Virus record (IMG/VR): IMGVR_UViG_3300009074_000003 | DNA length: 64,000 bases | Strand: one strand, 5' to 3' | Origin: an uncultured virus (IMG/VR IMGVR_UViG_3300009074_000003) | Lineage: Duplodnaviria > Heunggongvirae > Uroviricota > Caudoviricetes | In this document: positions 46,644-56,169 of the stretch, one piece after another | Numbering within the stretch: the stretch's first letter is position 1 | How the letters are laid out: each line of letters begins with the position of its first letter | Position numbers and translations under genes: made by a program | The notes under the pieces: model-generated | What the model was told of the DNA's origin: nothing | Databases searched by the model: none | What the model saw: the letters and a program-made list of their open reading frames with translations, nothing else

Positions 46644-47012
46644 ATGAAGAAATCAGAATTAAAAGCATCAATTAAAGAAGAAATCCTTGAACTATTAGAA
46701 GCAGAATCTGCAGATGAAATTAGTGCTAAAGCCGATGCACAGGCTGACCTAAATAAGGAATTAGAAAAAACTCAAGACCTTATGAAAGAAGAAGATGAAG
46801 ATGATGAGGATGTAATGGATAAGAAAGCTATAAAAGGAGCTAAAAAAGGAGACTCAGTATCTAAATTAGCATCAAAACTTCAACAAACATCTGCTGAAAT
46901 GAAAAAAGTAGTAAAAAAGTGGAAAAATGCTGAAGGTTCTGAAAAACAAAAACTTACGGATCGTCTAAGAGAATTAACTAAAATTAAAAAAGAACTTGAA
47001 GGTCTTCTTTAA
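46644..47012 (+). CDS. Coiled-coil protein with an MKKSELK leader
   Basis: TATTTATA at 46622-46629; leader nearly identical to the ORF at 35117. Confidence 0.7.
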   Translation: MKKSELKASIKEEILELLEAESADEISAKADAQADLNKELEKTQDLMKEEDEDDEDVMDKKAIKGAKKGDSVSKLASKLQQTSAEMKKVVKKWKNAEGSEKQKLTDRLRELTKIKKELEGLL

Positions 47013-47592
47013 AAATATCCAATTTCTACTTATTGTAGTTTTAGTTGTACTCCTTTTATTACAAAGGAGTTGTACTTCTGATCCAACTATTATTGAACCT
47101 ACGATTATAACAAAGGTTGAAACTAAATGGGATACTATTACTATTAACAAGATAGAATATGTACCTAAATGGGTAGAAAAAATAGTAACAGTATATGAAA
47201 ATGATACTATTATAATAAATACTCCTATAGATACATTAGAAGTATTAAAAGAATACTATGCCAAAAATGTTTATGTAGATAAAATTGTATTGGATTCTTT
47301 AGGGGTTGTAACTGTAACAGATACAATTTCCCAAAATAGAATATTTTCAAGACAAATAAAATCAGATATACTAATCCCTACAAAAACACTAACTCAAGAG
47401 ATTTATTTAAATAATAGAGAATTTTATTGGGGTTTAAATATAGCAGGTAGATCATCACAAATTAATTATTTAGGTGGGGGAATATTATACAAATCAAAAA
47501 GAAAAAACATATATGGTTTAGGGATAGGTGTTAATGAAAACTTTGAACCTATTATATCAGGTAGTTATTATATGAAAATAGGTAAAAAATAA
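46996..47592 (+). CDS. Membrane-anchored protein (spanin-like/lysis accessory candidate)
   Basis: TTG start, N-terminal TM helix followed by Cys, D-(T/S)-(I/L) repeats, C-terminal amphipathic beta strands. Confidence 0.55.
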   Translation: MKVFFKNIQFLLIVVLVVLLLLQRSCTSDPTIIEPTIITKVETKWDTITINKIEYVPKWVEKIVTVYENDTIIINTPIDTLEVLKEYYAKNVYVDKIVLDSLGVVTVTDTISQNRIFSRQIKSDILIPTKTLTQEIYLNNREFYWGLNIAGRSSQINYLGGGILYKSKRKNIYGLGIGVNENFEPIISGSYYMKIGKK

Positions 47593-49167
47593 ATGGCTGA
47601 AGATTTAAAAAAAATAATAAGACAAGAATATATGAAATGTGCTCAAGACCCAGCTCATTTTATGAAAAAATACTGTTTTATTCAACACCCTCAAAGAGGT
47701 AGAATCCAGTTTAATTTATATCCTTTTCAAGAAAAAACTTTACATTTAGTTAGAGATAATCCTTATTCAATAATATTAAAGTCAAGACAATTAGGAATAT
47801 CAACCCTATCAGCCGGTTATTCTTTATGGTTAATGTTGTTTCATAAGGATAAAAACGTGTTATGTATAGCGACTAAACAAGAAACAGCGCGTAACATGGT
47901 TACTAAGGTAAAATTCATGTATGACAATTTACCATCATGGTTATCTATAAAAGCAGAAGAAAATAACAAACTATCACTTAGATTAAATAATGGATCTATA
48001 ATTAAGGCAACATCAGCTAGTAGTGATGCTGGTAGATCAGAAGCAGTATCTTTACTATTAATAGATGAAGCAGCCTTTATTGATAATATTGGTGAGATTT
48101 GGGCATCAGCTCAACAAACACTAGCAACTGGTGGGGGTGCTATAGTATTAAGTACTCCCTATGGTACCGGAAATTGGTTCCATAAAACTTGGGTTAATGC
48201 AGAAGCTAATGAAAATCAATTTATACCTATTAAATTACCTTGGTTTGTCCACCCTGAAAGAAACCAGGAGTGGAGAGATAGCCAAAATGAATTATTAGGA
48301 GATCCTAGAATGGCAGCTCAAGAGTGTGATTGTGATTTTAGTACATCAGGTGATATTGTATTTTACAATGAATGGATTGAGTTTTTAAATGAAACTACTA
48401 TTAAAGAGCCTATGGAAAGAAGAGGAGTAGACCAAAATTTATGGGTTTGGGAATCTGCTGATTATTCTAGAGAATATATGGTTGTAGCAGATGTTGCACG
48501 GGGTGATGGTAAAGATTATTCAGCCTGCCATGTAATGGATATAGCTACAAATACACAAGTAGCAGAATATAAAGGACAAATGCCCCCTAAAGAATTTGGA
48601 TATTTTTTAACAGGTTTATCTACAGAATATAATAATGCTATGTTAGTAGTAGAAAATGCTAATATAGGGTGGGCAACCTTAGATGCGATACAAGAAAGAG
48701 GATATAAAAATTTATACCAATCCCCCAAATCCGATGCCTTAACGGCTGAGTCATTTTTAAGAGTATTTGAAGGAAATTCAGAGATGGTACCTGGGTTTAC
48801 AATGTCAATGAGAACAAGACCTCTTTGTATTAATAAATTTAGAGAATTTGTAGGAGATAAATCTGTGGTAATTAGGTCAAAACGTTTAATAGAAGAAATG
48901 AAGGTATTTATCTGGAAAAACGGAAGACCAGAAGCTCAAACTGGTTATAACGATGACTTGGTTATGTCATTTGGGATTGGTATGTTTCTACGAGACACAT
49001 CATTAAAATTCCAACAGCAGAGTTTAGATATGACAAGGGCAACATTAGGTAGTGTAAAATCTAATAAAGTAACATATAGTGGAGGACATTCAGCAAACAA
49101 TTCAATTGAAAATCCATATGAGATGAAAATAAATGGTAAGTCTCATGATATAGGATGGTTATTATAA
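47593..49167 (+). CDS. terL: Terminase large subunit (T4 gp17-like)
   Basis: LYPFQ, KSRQLGIST Walker A, LLIDEAAF Walker B, STPYG, ADVARG..DYS and DDLVMS motifs. Confidence 0.95.
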   Translation: MAEDLKKIIRQEYMKCAQDPAHFMKKYCFIQHPQRGRIQFNLYPFQEKTLHLVRDNPYSIILKSRQLGISTLSAGYSLWLMLFHKDKNVLCIATKQETARNMVTKVKFMYDNLPSWLSIKAEENNKLSLRLNNGSIIKATSASSDAGRSEAVSLLLIDEAAFIDNIGEIWASAQQTLATGGGAIVLSTPYGTGNWFHKTWVNAEANENQFIPIKLPWFVHPERNQEWRDSQNELLGDPRMAAQECDCDFSTSGDIVFYNEWIEFLNETTIKEPMERRGVDQNLWVWESADYSREYMVVADVARGDGKDYSACHVMDIATNTQVAEYKGQMPPKEFGYFLTGLSTEYNNAMLVVENANIGWATLDAIQERGYKNLYQSPKSDALTAESFLRVFEGNSEMVPGFTMSMRTRPLCINKFREFVGDKSVVIRSKRLIEEMKVFIWKNGRPEAQTGYNDDLVMSFGIGMFLRDTSLKFQQQSLDMTRATLGSVKSNKVTYSGGHSANNSIENPYEMKINGKSHDIGWLL

Positions 49168-49185
49168 TATTTATAAATAAATAAA

Positions 49186-51078
49186 ATGGCAGATACAGGT
49201 TTATTCCCAAGATTAAGAAGGTTATTTTCTACAGACGTAATAATTCGTAATGTAGGGGGCAGCCAACTTAAAGTTTTCGATGTTAACAAAATCCAGCAAA
49301 GTGGAGAAATTGAAACAAACACACTAGTAGATAGATTTAATAGAATCTATTCAAATTCTTCAACATCACTATATGGTCAACAAGCTGGTTTTAACTACCA
49401 GTATTTAAGACCTATGCTATACTCAGAATATGATGCAATGGATACAGATGCTATTGTTGCATCTGCTTTAGATATTATAGCTGATGAGTCTACCCTTAAA
49501 AATGATATGGGTGAAGTGCTACAAATTAAATCTTCTGATGAAGACATCCAAAAAATATTATATAATTTATTTTATGATGTTTTAAATATTGAATTTAATC
49601 TTTGGCCTTGGGTTAGAAATTTAGCTAAATATGGAGATTTTTTCTTAAAATTAGAAATAGCTGAAAAGTATGGAGTATATAATGTAATACCTTATACTGC
49701 TTTCCATATTGAAAGAATGGAGGGAGATGGTGAAAACCCAACTGAAGTTAAATTTAGATTTGACCCAGAAGGAGTATCAGCATCAGATTATGGTATGATG
49801 AGTGTACCAAATGCGGGAGTTAATAATTCCCGCTCTATTATATTTGACAACTATGAAATGGCTCATTTTCGTCTATTAACAGATATGAACTTTTTACCTT
49901 ATGGTAGATCATATATAGAGCCTGCTCGTAAATTATTTAAACAGTATGTTTTAATGGAAGATGCTATGTTAATTCATAGAATTGTTCGTGCACCTGAAAA
50001 ACGTATCTTTTATATGAATGTTGGGTCAATTCCTCCAAATGAGGTAGATGCCTTTATGGAAAAAACATTAAGTAAACTTAAACGTACTCCTCACGTAGAT
50101 GAGAAAACTGGAGAGTATAACTTAAGATACAACATGCAAAACCTTTTAGAAGATTATTATATTCCTGTTAGAGGTAATGATTCAAGTACTAAAATTGAAA
50201 GTGCAAATGGGTTACAATGGGATGGGATTGCTGATGTTGAATATTTAAGAGATAAATTATTTGCTGCCTTAAAAGTACCAAAAGCATTTTTAGGGTATGA
50301 TGAAAATACGGATGGTAAAGCAACACTAGCAGCTCAAGATATTAGATTTGCACGTACTATTGAAAGAATACAAAGAATTATAGTATCAGAATTATATAAA
50401 ATAGGATTAGTCCATTTATACACTCAGGGCTATAGAGATGAACAATTAGCTAATTTTGAATTATCATTAACTACCCCATCAATTATATATGATCAAGAAA
50501 GGGTAGCATTAATGAAAGAAAAAATGGATTTAGCAGCTCAAATGACTGAAACTAATTTATTTCCTTCTGATTTCATTTACGACCATTTATTCCATTTAAG
50601 TGAAGACCAATATGATGATTTTAGAGATTTGATTAGAGAAGATGCTAAACGTAAATTTAGAATAGACCAAATAGAAGCAGAAGGTAATGATCCTGTTGAA
50701 ACTGGCAAATCATATGGTACACCTCATGATTTAGCTTCACTATATGGTAAGGGTAGAATGTATTCAAACCCAGGTGATGTTCCTAAACCTGAAACATATG
50801 ATAAAGATGGAGATAAAGATGTATTAGGTAGACCAAAAGAAAAAGCTTCTAAAAGAAACACACAAGATGATAATTTTGGTAAAGATAGATTAGGTGCTAA
50901 AGGTATAAAAAAGGATTATAATGATACAAATAAAAGTGGTATGGCTTTAGAAAATAATAGCCACTTTGCAAAGCATCAATCCATGTTAAAATCTATCCCT
51001 ACAGGTAAAAAGTTAGTATTTGAAGATAAACCCGCAAAAAGTTCGCTTCTTGACGAGTCAAATATTAAGGAACAATAA
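49186..51078 (+). CDS. Portal protein (T4 gp20-like)
   Basis: MEDAMLIHRIVRAPEKRIFY, EDYYIP, KLFAALKVP and DIRFARTIERIQ; TATTTATA at 49168-49175. Confidence 0.93.
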   Translation: MADTGLFPRLRRLFSTDVIIRNVGGSQLKVFDVNKIQQSGEIETNTLVDRFNRIYSNSSTSLYGQQAGFNYQYLRPMLYSEYDAMDTDAIVASALDIIADESTLKNDMGEVLQIKSSDEDIQKILYNLFYDVLNIEFNLWPWVRNLAKYGDFFLKLEIAEKYGVYNVIPYTAFHIERMEGDGENPTEVKFRFDPEGVSASDYGMMSVPNAGVNNSRSIIFDNYEMAHFRLLTDMNFLPYGRSYIEPARKLFKQYVLMEDAMLIHRIVRAPEKRIFYMNVGSIPPNEVDAFMEKTLSKLKRTPHVDEKTGEYNLRYNMQNLLEDYYIPVRGNDSSTKIESANGLQWDGIADVEYLRDKLFAALKVPKAFLGYDENTDGKATLAAQDIRFARTIERIQRIIVSELYKIGLVHLYTQGYRDEQLANFELSLTTPSIIYDQERVALMKEKMDLAAQMTETNLFPSDFIYDHLFHLSEDQYDDFRDLIREDAKRKFRIDQIEAEGNDPVETGKSYGTPHDLASLYGKGRMYSNPGDVPKPETYDKDGDKDVLGRPKEKASKRNTQDDNFGKDRLGAKGIKKDYNDTNKSGMALENNSHFAKHQSMLKSIPTGKKLVFEDKPAKSSLLDESNIKEQ

Positions 51079-51106
51079 TTTTAGTATATTTATAAAAAAA
51101 TATTGA

Positions 51107-51967
51107 TTGATGTATATAAAACATTCAAAATTCAGGAATACAGGCATTTTATTCGAGGTAATAGTAAGAAAAATTACATCAGAAACCCTGTCAGGAAAAG
51201 ATTCACCAGCTATTAACATTCTAAAATCCCACTTTGTAAATACTGAGTTAGGGAAAGAATATAAATTGTATGAAACTATATTTAAATCTAAAAATCTAGA
51301 TAGTACTAGAGCTAGTACAGTTTTAGATACCATATTAGAATCTTCAAAAAGACTTAATAGAACTAGGATTAGAAAAGAAAAATACAATCTTATAAAAGAA
51401 CTTAAAGCTCACTATAATGTTGAAGATTTATTTAAAACAAAACTTAATGATTATAAAGCACAGGCTTCATTGTATACTTTATTAGAAACATACAACACAG
51501 AAAAATTAATAGACCCAAATCAAATTATAGATAATAAAGTTACACTATTAGAATATTTAACATCTAAAGATATAAATAGAGATAATGTTAAAGAAGATGT
51601 AATTGAAGAGTTTAAATCTCAAGATAAAGATATTCGTACATTAACATATTATGTATTACTAGAAAAATTTAATGATAAATACTCAACATTAAACCCTAGA
51701 CAAAAGAATATTCTTAAAGAATTTATTGAGTCTGTAGATAACACACCATCATTAAAAGAATTTTATAATAAAGAAGTTCTTTTTATTAAAGAATCAATTA
51801 AATCTCAAATTGCTAAAACAGAAAGTAAAGTAATTAAGATTAAATTAAATGAAGTTAATTCTTTGATTAGTGAGTTAAATAAAAAAACAACCATTAAAAG
51901 TGATCACTTAGTTGATTTGTTACAATACCATTCATTAATAGAAGAATTAACAAAATCAAATGGATAG
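51107..51967 (+). CDS. Hypothetical head-assembly protein
   Basis: KHSKFRNTGILFE N-terminus; between portal and protease; TATTTATA at 51087-51094. Confidence 0.65.
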   Translation: MMYIKHSKFRNTGILFEVIVRKITSETLSGKDSPAINILKSHFVNTELGKEYKLYETIFKSKNLDSTRASTVLDTILESSKRLNRTRIRKEKYNLIKELKAHYNVEDLFKTKLNDYKAQASLYTLLETYNTEKLIDPNQIIDNKVTLLEYLTSKDINRDNVKEDVIEEFKSQDKDIRTLTYYVLLEKFNDKYSTLNPRQKNILKEFIESVDNTPSLKEFYNKEVLFIKESIKSQIAKTESKVIKIKLNEVNSLISELNKKTTIKSDHLVDLLQYHSLIEELTKSNG

Positions 51968-52997
51968 CATAGTAGAAAAAATAATTGGCTTGATAAAAGA
52001 AGTTAAAAGAAAAGATATTGATCCAAAATTAATAACTTGGATTGAAGATAGATATGGTCCTTGGGATGATAGAGATTTTATATCTGATGATGGTGATACT
52101 TATTTTAAAACAGATGCTGATTATGAATCTGAAGGAGGTGGAATTTCACATAAAATAGTTAAATTGCCTTCATTTTCAGTATTAATCAAACAATTAAAAG
52201 CAACTAGGGATGCTGCTAATGAATTAGTTAAAGGTGAATCTGTAAGAGATGATGAGATATTAAGAGATATATCTAATGAATTAAAAAGAGAATTTAATAG
52301 ATTTAGAACTCATTTAAGAAAAGAATACCCAGCATTTTATGCTCAATTAAAATCTCAACTTACTAAAGAAGAATTAGAGGAAATGTCTACAACTGGCGGT
52401 GGAGCAGGTGCTGCTTCATTTACCCCGGGTACAGGAATGCAATATGCAACCCCATATGCTTTTAAAAAAGCTAAAAAAGCAGTGCAAAAAGAAGCATTAC
52501 AACTAGTACATGTTTACGATAAAGATGGTAAAATGTATGGTACTGGATCAGTTGAAAAGGTAGAAGGGGATAAAACGACAGTTCGTTTTGATGGTAGTAC
52601 AGTTAAAATATTTCCTAGCAATAGAGTAAAACTAGTAAAAGAGGATATTGGAGCAACATTAGGCCCAGGACCTAAAGCAGGTCCAGAAGGAGTAAAAGAT
52701 AATGCATACGTAAAACAATTTAAATATAGTTTAGTACCTAAGAAAATAAAAGGATCTGGTTTAGAAGTTAAGCAGTTATTTGAAGCTGATGATGTAAAAT
52801 CATTCCAACAAGAAAGAATAGCTGCTTTTGATGTAATTGAACAACAACTTAATGATATTTATAAGATGTTAAGCAATGCTAAAAATGAAACAGGGGATTA
52901 TTACACAGAAAACCCTACATCATTTTCAGTTATAAAACCAACAGATCTAGTATTAGATTATATAAAAGATATAAAAGACTTATTAAAAGGAGAATAA
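51960..52997 (+). CDS. Modular hypothetical head protein
   Basis: LEE/QKE/VKE/LFE junctions; MSTTGGGAG..YATPYAF module; small SH3-like module. Confidence 0.6.
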   Translation: MDSIVEKIIGLIKEVKRKDIDPKLITWIEDRYGPWDDRDFISDDGDTYFKTDADYESEGGGISHKIVKLPSFSVLIKQLKATRDAANELVKGESVRDDEILRDISNELKREFNRFRTHLRKEYPAFYAQLKSQLTKEELEEMSTTGGGAGAASFTPGTGMQYATPYAFKKAKKAVQKEALQLVHVYDKDGKMYGTGSVEKVEGDKTTVRFDGSTVKIFPSNRVKLVKEDIGATLGPGPKAGPEGVKDNAYVKQFKYSLVPKKIKGSGLEVKQLFEADDVKSFQQERIAAFDVIEQQLNDIYKMLSNAKNETGDYYTENPTSFSVIKPTDLVLDYIKDIKDLLKGE

Positions 52998-54164
52998 ATG
53001 AAAACATTACAAGAACAATACAACCAAATTAAAAAGGGAAAAGGCAGTAAGCATATTTTCCTTAAAGAAGTTAAAGCTAAATATCCTAATTTAGTACGTA
53101 ATGCTGCAGGATTTGATGAAGCATCATCTGCTCTAATTGGTAGAAGCATTATAGCTGAAAACCTTTATGTAGGAACAGGAAACACTAAAAAACCAGACTG
53201 GTTTAAACTCTTTGATGACAACATGAACTTAATCTCTGAGGAAGAAGCTAAAGCTATAGAAAAAAAGGTAACAAAAGGAGTAACTGATTTACAAGCACCT
53301 GATAAAGGATACGATTATAAAGATGATAAAATGCTTAATAATGTATCTGGTGAGCAATTTCGTCAAGGATATTTTACAGAACTTACTTGTGTATCTAATA
53401 AAGACAAAACTAAGGAAGAATTAATAGATTTAGTTATTAAAAATATTGATAAAAACCCCCTATATTATATTGAGGAAGCTCAATTTGGCATTAAAGGGAT
53501 AGGATATACTGAAGATGCACCCGCTTTAGGTAAAGGTAAAATGGTTAAAGATCCGGGTGTTGGTGGTGGATATGGTGAAGCTACAAAAAAAGACTTCCCA
53601 GAAGGTGAAGTAGGTACTGGTTATTTAGAAATTAAAGAAAACAAAATGATATCATTATTAAACTTATTAGAAAATAGTCCTTTAGGTGAAAAACCAAAGG
53701 CAAAAGTAAAAAAGAAAGTAAAAAAAGAAACAACAGATAGCAAATTAGCCGAGATTGAAAATAATGGTAGAATTGCTACTCTTGAGTTACAAATTAATGC
53801 CTTAGATGAAATCATTGAAAGTAAAAATGATAGAATTTCTATGGTATCCGAAGATGAAAGTTTATCTGAATTAGTAGATAAGAAAAAAATGAAAGAAATG
53901 CAACGTGAAGTAAAAGTTCTTGAAAAGAAAAAAGCGGGCATGGAGAAAATGTATGAAAAGATGTGTGGTAAATCATACAAAAAAGTAGTTACTGAAATGG
54001 ATCCTGAAGCATGGAAAAGACAAAATGGTCAAGATGCTGATTGGGCACCAAGAAATGAAGAAAGTAATGCTAACAGTAATGAAGGATCTAACGAAAATTC
54101 AAACGAAAATTCAAACGATAATAAAGAATCATATTCAGGATTATCAAAATTTAGAACTGCATAA
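52998..54164 (+). CDS. Modular hypothetical head protein
   Basis: 388 aa; internal MISLLNLLE; C-terminal NENS repeats. Confidence 0.6.
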   Translation: MKTLQEQYNQIKKGKGSKHIFLKEVKAKYPNLVRNAAGFDEASSALIGRSIIAENLYVGTGNTKKPDWFKLFDDNMNLISEEEAKAIEKKVTKGVTDLQAPDKGYDYKDDKMLNNVSGEQFRQGYFTELTCVSNKDKTKEELIDLVIKNIDKNPLYYIEEAQFGIKGIGYTEDAPALGKGKMVKDPGVGGGYGEATKKDFPEGEVGTGYLEIKENKMISLLNLLENSPLGEKPKAKVKKKVKKETTDSKLAEIENNGRIATLELQINALDEIIESKNDRISMVSEDESLSELVDKKKMKEMQREVKVLEKKKAGMEKMYEKMCGKSYKKVVTEMDPEAWKRQNGQDADWAPRNEESNANSNEGSNENSNENSNDNKESYSGLSKFRTA

Positions 54165-54172
54165 AACATATT

Positions 54173-54775
54173 ATGAGTCAATTACTAATAGAAACACACG
54201 TATTTAAACCTAAGGGAGTCATTTTAAATGAATCACGCTCAAAACGAGGTTTACCCTTAGTTGAAGGAATATTAGCTACTGCTGAAGTAAAAAACGGTAA
54301 TGGTAGGTATTATTCTAAAGAATTGTGGGATAGAGAAATTGACAAATATAGAGTATTAGTTGATGAAAATAGAGCAATGGGAGAATTAGACCACCCAGAA
54401 TCCTCAGTAATAAATTTACAGAATGTATCACATAATATTTCTGAAATGTGGTGGGATGGAGATAATGTAATGGGTAAAATAGAAATTTTACCTACACCAA
54501 ATGGTAATATACTCAAAGCATTAGTTGAAAGTGGGATTACAGTAGGTGTGTCTTCAAGAGGAATGGGTTCATTAGAACAAAAAGGTGAATTAATGGAAGT
54601 TCAAGATGACTTTGAATTATTATGTTGGGATTTTGTCTCAACACCATCTAACCCAGACTCATTTATGCATTTAGTAAGAGAAAATAAAGAATTTAAATCA
54701 CAAGATAAATATAAAAACGTAAATAATATATTAGGTGAAATATTATGTTCATACGGACATTGCCCTATATTATAG
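54173..54775 (+). CDS. Prohead protease (T4 gp21-like)
   Basis: NGNGRYY, GELDHP, VSH, GVSSRGMGS and DFVSTPS motifs. Confidence 0.93.
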   Translation: MSQLLIETHVFKPKGVILNESRSKRGLPLVEGILATAEVKNGNGRYYSKELWDREIDKYRVLVDENRAMGELDHPESSVINLQNVSHNISEMWWDGDNVMGKIEILPTPNGNILKALVESGITVGVSSRGMGSLEQKGELMEVQDDFELLCWDFVSTPSNPDSFMHLVRENKEFKSQDKYKNVNNILGEILCSYGHCPIL

Positions 54776-54801
54776 CTTAACAATACAACCCCTGATTCCT
54801 A

Positions 54802-54836
54802 GAAGAGGCGCACTCATTTTTTTGATGCGCCTTTTC
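54802..54836 (+). terminator. Hairpin/putative terminator after the protease gene
   Basis: GAAGAGGCGCA..TCA-T6-TGA-TGCGCCTTTTC. Confidence 0.55.
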
Positions 54837-54965
54837 GACTTTTATACCTTTGCATATACGTATAATTGATAATATGTCATTTCTCATATGACATCAATAA
54901 TTTTTTATTATAACCCCCATTACGTTTCTTAATAAACGTAGTTTCCCAACAAAAAATTTAGGAAA

Positions 54966-56123
54966 ATGAATAGAAACTTTTTACAAGAGGCTATCGCCGA
55001 TGCTAAAGCAGTCAAAGAATCTGCAATAGCAAATGCTAAAGTCGCATTAGAAGAAGCTTTCTCACCTCAAGTTCAAGCCATGTTTGCTAGTAAACTAGAA
55101 GAAATGGAAAAAGACGAAGAAGTGAATGAAGCTTATGATGATGTAGATGAAGCAAAAGATGATGAAATTTCAGAAAAGAAAGAGTACATGACCAAAAAGG
55201 AAAAGCGCGAAGGTGACGATCGTAAGTCTGATAATAAGGCTGAGACTGAAACTGAAAAAATGCGTAAAATCAAAGAGGAAGAAGAAATGGACTTAGACGA
55301 AATTTTAGCAGAGTTAGAAAAAGATGAAGATCTTAAAGAAAATGCTCGTACAGACGCTGAAGAAGAAGGCTACAAGGACGGTATGAAGGACGAAAAAGAG
55401 GACTTGAAAGAGGACGAACGTACGGATGCTGAAGAAGAAGGCTACTTAGACGGTGAAAAAGACGAGAAAGAAGACATGGATGATGAGGACGATGAAGATA
55501 TCGACCTTGAAGATATGTCAGAAGAAGACCTTAAGAAATTTATCGAAGACGTAATCGAAGATATGGTTAGTGCAGGTGAAATTGAAGCCGGCGAATCATT
55601 CGAAGATGATGTAGATGTTGATGTTGATGCAGATGGTGAAATTGAAATAGAAGATGATGAAGAAACTTCTGTAGATGTAGCTGAAGCTAAAGACGACATT
55701 GATGAATACGGTAAAGAAGAAATCGATGAAGCAAAAGACGAAATGGATGAAGTTAAAAAAGATTTAGATGAAGCAATGAAAACTGTTGCTACTTTAAGAT
55801 CTGAACTAAATGAAATCAATTTGTTAAATGCTAAATTACTTTACACAAACAAAGTGTTCCGCGGTAAAAATTTATCTGAAAACCAAAAGGTTAAAGTGTT
55901 AGGTGCTTTTGATAAAGCTGAAACAGTTAAAGAAGTAAAACTTGTATTTGAAACTATTAATAGTAGTGTTAAATCAAAAACTACAAATAATTCTATAAGC
56001 GAAGGCTTTAGAGCTAAAGGTAGTGCCTCAAATATGTCAGCTCCAAAAGTAACTAAAAAACAACCAATTGTTGAATCAGATGAAATGGTCGCTCGCTTTA
56101 AAAAATTAGCTGGAATAATCTAA
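54966..56123 (+). CDS. Prohead scaffolding/core protein (gp22-like)
   Basis: Highly acidic, coiled-coil; between protease and capsid genes; internal 24-aa duplication (RTDAEEEGYxDGxKDEKED). Confidence 0.8.
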   Translation: MNRNFLQEAIADAKAVKESAIANAKVALEEAFSPQVQAMFASKLEEMEKDEEVNEAYDDVDEAKDDEISEKKEYMTKKEKREGDDRKSDNKAETETEKMRKIKEEEEMDLDEILAELEKDEDLKENARTDAEEEGYKDGMKDEKEDLKEDERTDAEEEGYLDGEKDEKEDMDDEDDEDIDLEDMSEEDLKKFIEDVIEDMVSAGEIEAGESFEDDVDVDVDADGEIEIEDDEETSVDVAEAKDDIDEYGKEEIDEAKDEMDEVKKDLDEAMKTVATLRSELNEINLLNAKLLYTNKVFRGKNLSENQKVKVLGAFDKAETVKEVKLVFETINSSVKSKTTNNSISEGFRAKGSASNMSAPKVTKKQPIVESDEMVARFKKLAGII

Positions 56124-56169
56124 TTAAGTAAAACAAAACAATTAATTATTAAATTTAAAAACGTAAAAA

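Noticed and set aside
54025..54207. 60-aa + strand ORF
   Set aside because: Out-of-frame overlap with 52998-54164 and the protease start; it arises from the NENS repeat
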